A model generated the notes under the pieces. It was not told the origin of the DNA. It saw nothing but the letters and a program-made list of their open reading frames with translations, and did no database searches. Positions 56,067-64,000 of a stretch of DNA of 64,000 bases are shown in pieces. The position numbers were made by a program, and so were the translations under genes. The stretch's first letter is position 1, and the number at the start of each line of letters is the position of its first letter. This stretch comes from Patescibacteria group bacterium (lineage in GTDB: Bacteria > Patescibacteriota > Patescibacteriia > UBA10025 > JAHIVO01), in the NCBI GenBank assembly GCA_041650915.1, contig JBAZKE010000001.1, positions 251,284 through 315,283 of the forward strand. The letters run 5' to 3'.

Positions 56067-56431
56067 TACAAAAGCCGATCCAGGTGAATCGGCTTAATGA
56101 AGGTCAGGATCAATCGTGCTAGTGCAACCACCAGCTTTTGCAGGTTGGTTCCGGGCATTCGACCCAGCCGCGTGCCGCAGAAAATGAGCAGTTGCACGAC
56201 GGGCAGGTAAAGTCCGGGATACCAGTGAGGCGATCCCATACGTTAATGAGCAGCCAGCGTTTCCAAAAGTAGAGCGTCAGTTGGTTAAGCGGACACAGAC
56301 GGTACTTATACAGAGCTGTACGGAACGCGGCACGGAATGAATAGATGGTATGCAAAAGAGCAATCCTCCGTTTCTGAACAGTATATAGGCTATCAATTAT
56401 TTTACATACTATATTAACAGGATAAAAGGAT

Positions 56432-57970
56432 ATGTCAAATCGTGACTTTATTATCGAGCAGCTGAAAAAGCAAATTACGGATTTTAAGGCTGACGTCGCG
56501 ACCGAACGGGTTGGCACGGTGGAAGAAATCGGAGACGGCATTGCCCGCATTTCCGGCTTGTCCGACGTGATGGCATCCGAGATGCTCGAGTTTCCCGGCG
56601 GGAAGTTCGGAGTTGCCTTGAACCTCGAAGAAGACACTATCGGCGCCATCATCCTCGGCGAGGAAGCGGGCATCAGGGCGGGTGATACGGTCAAGAGCAC
56701 CGGCCGCATCCTCGAAGTCCCGGTTGGCGATGCCGTTATCGGCCGCGTGGTCAATCCGCTCGGGCAGGCGATTGACGGCAAGGGCGATATCCAGTCTGAC
56801 AAGCGGTATCCGATTGAAAAAATTGCACCGCGCGTCATTACCCGTGAGTCCGTGAGCCAACCCGTCCAGACCGGCATTAAGGCGATTGATTCGATGATTC
56901 CGATCGGCCGCGGCCAGCGCGAGCTCATCATCGGTGACCGCCAAGTGGGCAAAACCGCGATTACGGTCGATACGATCATCAACCAAAAAGGCCAGAACAT
57001 GGCCTGCATCTACGTGGCGATCGGCCAGAAAGAGTCAAAGGTGGCGAAGATGGTCGCGGAACTCGAGAAGCATGGCGCTATGGATTACACCACGGTCGTC
57101 GTTGCCGGCGCCTCTGATCCTGCTTCGCTCACATTCATCGCTCCGTACGCAGGCTGCGCAATGGGTGAGTATATGATGGACCAGGGCAAGGACGTTCTCG
57201 TGATCTATGACGACTTGTCAAAGCACGCGTGGGCGTACCGCCAGATTTCACTGCTCCTGAGGCGGCCGCCAGGCCGCGAGGCGTACCCCGGTGACGTCTT
57301 TTATCTCCATTCTCGCTTGCTCGAGCGCGCCGCAAAACTGAATCCCGACTATGGCGGCGGCAGCTTGACTGCGCTTCCAATCATTGAGACGCAGGCCGCT
57401 GATATTTCCGCGTACATTCCGACGAACGTTATCTCTATTACCGACGGGCAAATCTACCTCGAGCCGGACCTCTTCTATCAGGGTATCCGCCCGGCACTCA
57501 ACATCGGCCTGTCAGTTTCGCGTGTCGGATCTGCCGCCCAGATCAAAGCCATGAAGAAGGTGGCAGGGAAGCTCAGGATGGAGCTCGCGCAGTACCGTGA
57601 GCTCGCGGCGTTCGCGCAGTTCGGCTCTGACCTCGATGAGGCGACGCAGAAGCAGCTCGAGCGGGGCAAACGGCTCACTGAAATCCTGAAGCAGGGGCAG
57701 TACGAACCGATGCCCGTTGCGCAGCAGGTTGTCATTCTGTATGCAGCGATCAACGGTTACTGCGATGATGTCCCGGTTGAACACATCCAAAAATTCGAAA
57801 CTGCGCTCCATGCCTTTTTCGAGACATCGCACAAGCAGCTCCTCGATGAGATTGCAGCAACCGGAGAACTCGGTGAGGATATCGAGAGCAAACTGAAAGC
57901 TGTGATAGAAGATTTCAAAAAAACCAAGGATTTTGGAACTAAACAAGAGCCACAGGAAAAGGCAAAATAA
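56432..57970 (+). CDS. atpA: ATP synthase F1 alpha subunit
   Basis: [10 protein letters not shown] Walker A. Colinear with canonical alpha. Confidence 0.95.
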   Translation: MSNRDFIIEQLKKQITDFKADVATERVGTVEEIGDGIARISGLSDVMASEMLEFPGGKFGVALNLEEDTIGAIILGEEAGIRAGDTVKSTGRILEVPVGDAVIGRVVNPLGQAIDGKGDIQSDKRYPIEKIAPRVITRESVSQPVQTGIKAIDSMIPIGRGQRELIIGDRQVGKTAITVDTIINQKGQNMACIYVAIGQKESKVAKMVAELEKHGAMDYTTVVVAGASDPASLTFIAPYAGCAMGEYMMDQGKDVLVIYDDLSKHAWAYRQISLLLRRPPGREAYPGDVFYLHSRLLERAAKLNPDYGGGSLTALPIIETQAADISAYIPTNVISITDGQIYLEPDLFYQGIRPALNIGLSVSRVGSAAQIKAMKKVAGKLRMELAQYRELAAFAQFGSDLDEATQKQLERGKRLTEILKQGQYEPMPVAQQVVILYAAINGYCDDVPVEHIQKFETALHAFFETSHKQLLDEIAATGELGEDIESKLKAVIEDFKKTKDFGTKQEPQEKAK

Positions 57971-58050
57971 AATGGGGGCACTGAACGCGCTTGTCATTCC
58001 GAATTTGACCCGGAATCTTAGCTGAGTAAAAAGGAATTGATTATTACCCC

Positions 58051-60401
<2,351 letters not shown>

Positions 60402-60414
60402 GTAATGCATCCCT

Positions 60415-60855
60415 ATGGCAGGCAAGCTCAAGTTTGAAATAACGACCCCCGAGCGTGTCGTATTCTCGGCGGAGATCGACGAGGTCGTTCTGCCGACGCC
60501 GCAGGGTGAGGTCGGCATCCTCCCGAACCACATTCCGCTCGTTTCGCTGCTCTCCCCGGGGGAGCTCCGGATCAAGCAGGGCGGGGAGACAACGTTCATG
60601 GCCGTGTCGGGGGGTTTTATCGAGGTCAGGCCTGACAAGGTCGTAGTGCTCGCGGATACGGCGGAGCGCGCGGAAGATATCGATGAGGCGCGGGCTGAAG
60701 AAGCCCGAAAGCGCGCACAGCAGCTCTCCCGCGAGAAGCGCGCAGATGCTGCGGAGTTTGCGGCGCTGTCCGCCAAGATGGAGAAGGAGCTCGCGCGCCT
60801 CAGGGTCGCACGGAAGAAACGCCGGCGCAGGCCGGAAGCGCCGCTCCAGGCTTAA
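60415..60855 (+). CDS. atpC: ATP synthase F1 epsilon subunit
   Basis: MAGKLKFEITTPERVVFSAEIDEVVLPTPQGEVGILPNHIPLVSLLSPGELRIK. Confidence 0.85.
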   Translation: MAGKLKFEITTPERVVFSAEIDEVVLPTPQGEVGILPNHIPLVSLLSPGELRIKQGGETTFMAVSGGFIEVRPDKVVVLADTAERAEDIDEARAEEARKRAQQLSREKRADAAEFAALSAKMEKELARLRVARKKRRRRPEAPLQA

Positions 60856-60868
60856 TGGCCTGTGTCCC

Positions 60869-61060
60869 ATGGCCCATACCTCCAGAGCACTCGTTATTTG
60901 CTGCTTGGATTTCCGGCTCCACACCGTTGTACGGGATTTTTTGATATCGCTCGGACTCAAGGACAGTTACGATCGCATTACCTGCGCTGGTGCAATCAAG
61001 GGCACCGCTGAGCAGAACCCCGTTTCGGCTGATTTTTTACGGAACGGTATCCACATTTGA
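60869..61060 (+). CDS. 63-aa hypothetical protein
   Basis: Internal ATG of track ORF 60683..61060, just after the atpC stop (MAHTSRALVICCLDFRLHTVVRDF...). No family recognised. Confidence 0.3.
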   Translation: MAHTSRALVICCLDFRLHTVVRDFLISLGLKDSYDRITCAGAIKGTAEQNPVSADFLRNGIHI

Positions 61061-61134
61061 CTATTTATGCAATTCTTGCGAGAATGAAGCCAGGAGAGCA
61101 CCGCTTTGAAATTGATTTTGAAATGGTTCGGTAA

Positions 61135-61458
61135 ATGATCAGTATGGAAAGAGGAGAGCGGGAACACAATCCAGCCGAGACCGCAGAAGCGCAACCGTTG
61201 AACGATGCCGAGCTCGATGAGGTATATTCATTCGTGACGGGCGAGCTTCGCGATTATCTCAATGGCATGAAAGAGGGGAATAACAGGCTGTATCGGAAAG
61301 CAAATATTCCCGTTGACAGTGACCGTGCTGTGGAAATCAGCTACGGCGCAGACCGAGATCGAATCCGGGCGATGCCACCGGAAAAGCAGCGCCACGTGTA
61401 TCGGGATGTGCTGTTACTGAAGGAATTGCTTAAAATAGGCGCTCACGTGAGTACGTAA
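61135..61458 (+). CDS. 107-aa acidic hypothetical protein
   Basis: ORF only. No motif recognised. Confidence 0.35.
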   Translation: MISMERGEREHNPAETAEAQPLNDAELDEVYSFVTGELRDYLNGMKEGNNRLYRKANIPVDSDRAVEISYGADRDRIRAMPPEKQRHVYRDVLLLKELLKIGAHVST

Positions 61459-61504
61459 TCACGACAACAAACATTTACGATAATAGTTTTTAGGAGGTAG
61501 TGCC

Positions 61505-61681
61505 ATGACCGGCAATCAGTTTTCTGACAGTGATCCGTACGATCATCGCCGTCTGGTCGCAGTGTCCAAGGGGACGCCGCGCAGTACAGATCCGCCCATC
61601 TATCCCGGAGATAAACCGGTGAAGGTTATCACCTGGAGGGACCTTGAAGAAGGTCCAAGAGAAAATGTAGATACAAAATAG
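61505..61681 (+). CDS. 58-aa hypothetical protein (below the ORF-track cutoff) with a canonical SD
   Basis: taGGAGGtagtgccATG. MTGNQFSDSDPYDHRRLVAVSKGTPRSTDPPIYPGDKPVKVITWRDLEEGPRENVDTK. Followed by a terminator. Confidence 0.35.
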   Translation: MTGNQFSDSDPYDHRRLVAVSKGTPRSTDPPIYPGDKPVKVITWRDLEEGPRENVDTK

Positions 61682-61719
61682 TATCTCGCAGTACCGTCTG
61701 GCGGCGGTTGGCGCAGAAG

Positions 61720-61769
61720 CCCCTGCTTTTCAGCTTATACAACAGTTGACTGGCAGGGGTATTTTTTTT
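61720..61769. terminator. rho-independent-type terminator (CCCCTGC ... GCAGGGG + T8) between convergent small genes, followed by a second hairpin AAAACCCGCTTC...GAAGGGGGTTTTT
   Basis: Stem at ~61720-61726 / 61753-61759, then tatttttttta. Confidence 0.45.
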
Positions 61770-61842
61770 ACCCAAAGAAAAAACCCGCTTCCAGCATTCC
61801 ATTGCAGAAGGGGGTTTTTGGCCCGTGAACCAGCACACAGCT

Positions 61843-62085
61843 TCATCCTTTCTGTTGGGCGCCCGCACCTTGGTTGCCGTGCTTCCAGATTACCTTGATA
61901 AATTCAGGCACAAGAATGATCGTTACGATCATGACGAGGCAGCCGGCTACCCAGCGGAAGCAGTGCCACCACGGCGTGCTGTCCGCGATGAAAAACCAGA
62001 TTGTCGACGGTATGAGTGCGGTGAGCAGTGCCATTATAACGCCGACAAGCCAGTTCGCAAACTGCGATTTTAATTGTGTTTTCAA
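61843..62085 (-). CDS. 80-aa 2-TM membrane protein, unknown function
   Basis: WLVGVIMALLTALIPSTIWFFIA and VAGCLVMIVTIILVPEFI helices. Confidence 0.4.
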   Translation of the reverse strand: MKTQLKSQFANWLVGVIMALLTALIPSTIWFFIADSTPWWHCFRWVAGCLVMIVTIILVPEFIKVIWKHGNQGAGAQQKG

Positions 62086-62254
62086 GTATCTTGCCTCCTA
62101 TCCGTTTCGTTTGGTTCGTCGATAGTAGCAAGCTTTGCCATCCCTGTCAATACGATTCCCGAGCGGGCTTGCGGTGCACGGCTCGTGGGGCCGTTGCGGG
62201 AAGGTTTCTTGGCAGGTGGTCGGCAGGGGATTGGTACTTATCCACAGCCAGGTA

Positions 62255-62269
62255 CCTTGCATTGCAAGG
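62255..62269. promoter_or_regulatory. perfect 7-1-7 palindrome CCTTGCA-T-TGCAAGG ~45 nt upstream of padR; candidate PadR operator
   Basis: ccttgcattgcaagg. PadR regulators bind inverted repeats overlapping their own promoters. Confidence 0.35.
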
Positions 62270-62314
62270 TAATGTATGTAATACTTGTTTTACGATACTT
62301 TCAATGAGTGCCTT

Positions 62315-62662
62315 ATGGACGAAAAACAAAAGAATGAGCTCGAAAACACCCGTGCGCAGATGCGGAAAGGAATTCTGGAGTTCTGCATCCTCCTCGTCAT
62401 TTCAGCGGGCAAGATTTACGCGTCTGATATATTGAAGCAGCTCGAGCGGGCAGATCTGATCGTAGTCGAGGGAACGCTCTACCCGCTGCTGAGCAGGCTT
62501 AAGAATACGGGGCTGCTCGAGTACACCTGGGAGGAATCAAAGAGCGGCCCGCCGAGGAAGTACTATATTTTAACAAAGAAGGGAAAGGAGACGGTCAAGC
62601 AGCTCTCTCACACCTGGGGTAAGTTCAATCAATCGATCAATTCTTTAATCCACAAAGTTTAA
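62315..62662 (+). CDS. padR: PadR-family transcriptional regulator
   Basis: MRKGILEFCILLVISAGKIYASDILKQL...EGTLYPLLSRLKNTGLLEYTWEESKSGPPRKYYILTKKG (winged helix, classic PadR). Confidence 0.8.
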   Translation: MDEKQKNELENTRAQMRKGILEFCILLVISAGKIYASDILKQLERADLIVVEGTLYPLLSRLKNTGLLEYTWEESKSGPPRKYYILTKKGKETVKQLSHTWGKFNQSINSLIHKV

Positions 62663-62669
62663 TAATGAT

Positions 62670-64000
62670 ATGAACAAGACGGTCACTATCGTGCTCAACG
62701 GGATTCTCTTCCACATCGAGGAAAGGGCGTACGATTCGCTAAAATCGTACCTTGATTCTATCAAAGCGTACTACGCATCGAACGGGGATAGCGAAGAGAT
62801 CCTGAAGGATATCGAATCGAGCATCGCGGAGAAGTTTTCGGCAAAGGTGAAAACCGCCAAGCAGGTAATCGCGCTCGCTGACGTTGAGGAGCTCATCAGG
62901 GTTATGGGGACGGTGGAGGATTTTGCCGAAGCGAGCGGGGAGAGGGTAACCGATGCTGCACCGTCTTCCGGCGGAAAGCAGGAGAAAGGTGAACGGTCCC
63001 GGAGGAGGCTCTACCGGAATCCCGATGATACAATCATTGCTGGGGTATGCTCGGGCATTGCCGCGTTTTTCGGAATTGATCCGGTCATTGTCCGGCTCCT
63101 GTTTGGGCTGTCAATACTCCTCGGCGGCACCGGCTTTTTTGTGTACCTCGTGCTCTGGCTCATCATGCCCGCAGCAAAAACGAATACACAGAAGCTCGAG
63201 ATGCAGGGCAAGCCCGTCACGCTCGAAAAGATCGAGCAGGTTACGCGAGAGATCAAGGAGCGCAGCAAGCAGGGAGCCCATGCGGTAAAAGGTTTTTTTC
63301 CGAAGCTTTTCGCATTTTTTGGTGCCTTTTTCCGCGCGCTCGGTACGTTGATAACAAAACTCGGCCCGGTACTGAGCATATTCCTCGGGTCGGTGTTCGT
63401 CTTCTCGATGATCTGTGCGATCGCCGGACTGACGTTCGGGATCGCGGTGCTGCTTTTCAGCATTGATTCCGCGTACATCAATTTCGGTTACCCGATCAAG
63501 GAGGCGATGGGCGAGGCGCCGTACCTGCTGAGCGTGGGCGCTGGCTTCCTTACTGCCCTCATTCCGCTTCTGTTCCTGTTCCTTTTCGGCATCGTGCTGA
63601 TCAGGAGAAAAAATGTTTTTACAACCATTACGACGAGTACGCTGCTGGTAGTCTGGATGATCGGCATCATCACGCTCGGGGTAATCTCAATTGATGCGGT
63701 CCCGAAGATCGACCGTGTCATCGAAGAAGTCAACAGCAAGAGCGATATCGTACGGACGTACGATATGGCACATTTCACGTCCGTGGAAGTCGACGAGCCG
63801 TTTACGGTTATCATAACCAAGGCGGAGGAGTATTCGGTCAGGGCGACAGGCCAGGAGTATGACATTGAAGAGCTGGACGTCGCAGTCACTGACGGCACGC
63901 TCGAGATTGACCGGGACCGGCGGGAGTTCTACTACTGCCTTTTCTGCTGGGAGAAGCCGGTCACCATTACCATTACCATGCCGGAACTTAGTGAGGTATC
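62670..64000 (+). CDS. PspC-domain membrane protein (partial; runs off the 3' end of the window)
   Basis: RRLYRNPDDTIIAGVCSGIAAFFGIDPVIVRLLFGLSILLGGTGFFVYLVLWLIMP is the PspC domain signature. Multiple TMs. Starts 8 nt after the padR stop (typical PadR-PspC pair). The frame is open to nt 64000. Confidence 0.7.
   Translation, partial: MNKTVTIVLNGILFHIEERAYDSLKSYLDSIKAYYASNGDSEEILKDIESSIAEKFSAKVKTAKQVIALADVEELIRVMGTVEDFAEASGERVTDAAPSSGGKQEKGERSRRRLYRNPDDTIIAGVCSGIAAFFGIDPVIVRLLFGLSILLGGTGFFVYLVLWLIMPAAKTNTQKLEMQGKPVTLEKIEQVTREIKERSKQGAHAVKGFFPKLFAFFGAFFRALGTLITKLGPVLSIFLGSVFVFSMICAIAGLTFGIAVLLFSIDSAYINFGYPIKEAMGEAPYLLSVGAGFLTALIPLLFLFLFGIVLIRRKNVFTTITTSTLLVVWMIGIITLGVISIDAVPKIDRVIEEVNSKSDIVRTYDMAHFTSVEVDEPFTVIITKAEEYSVRATGQEYDIEELDVAVTDGTLEIDRDRREFYYCLFCWEKPVTITITMPELSEV

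Overview
This 64-kb window is gene-dense, high-GC (about 58%) bacterial chromosome with a strongly streamlined, housekeeping-dominated content. The gene content (large surface proteins, a VirB2-like pilin, compact genes) would fit a CPR/Patescibacteria-like lineage, but that is inference only. Everything below is read directly from the sequence and the six-frame ORF track. No database search was run, and my hand-counted coordinates may be off by 1-2 nt.

Genes I can call:
- Translation and RNA: argS, ileS, metG, glyQS, the infC-rpmI-rplT operon, smpB with a tmRNA directly downstream, one tRNA-Asp(GTC), tgt and rsmI.
- Energy: a complete F-type ATP synthase operon (atpZ-like, atpB, atpE, atpF, atpH, atpA, atpG, atpD, atpC).
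- Other housekeeping: recO, rmuC, two tandem TatD nucleases, an M16 peptidase, pgsA-like and pgpA lipid genes, a DsbA-like oxidoreductase, a butyrate-kinase-family kinase, a GT4 glycosyltransferase, CvpA, an AI-2E-family transporter and a PadR-PspC pair.
- Surface and secreted proteins: a secreted 1119-aa NHL/FG-GAP propeller protein, a 756-aa FecR/FN3-repeat membrane protein, a 675-aa DUF11-repeat protein and a 2973-aa Kelch/FN3 giant, the last followed by a MacB/FtsX-type ABC pair.
- A small signalling-like cluster: three tandem paralogous stand-alone receiver-domain proteins interleaved with a 75-aa orphan HisKA fragment. It is flanked by a SLOG/LOG-like Rossmann protein, Cys-rich small membrane proteins and a membrane-anchored, zinc-ribbon-bearing double-AAA+ Clp-family ATPase. 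Nearby is an orphan TrbC/VirB2-like pilin gene with a strong promoter.

Unusual sequence-level structures:
1. The tRNA-Asp gene is flanked by degenerate half-copies that carry hairpin insertions.
2. Two in-frame relic copies of the glyQS 3' end bracket a 1-kb cassette carrying a secreted protein gene, which looks like an integration hotspot.
3. A recurring extended -10 motif, TGcTATA(C/A)T, sits 8-13 nt upstream of ATG at several genes, implying leaderless or very short-leader mRNAs.
4. A 365-nt non-coding insert with a hairpin splits atpH from atpA.

There is no CRISPR array, no rRNA and no recognisable transposase, integrase or defence gene.
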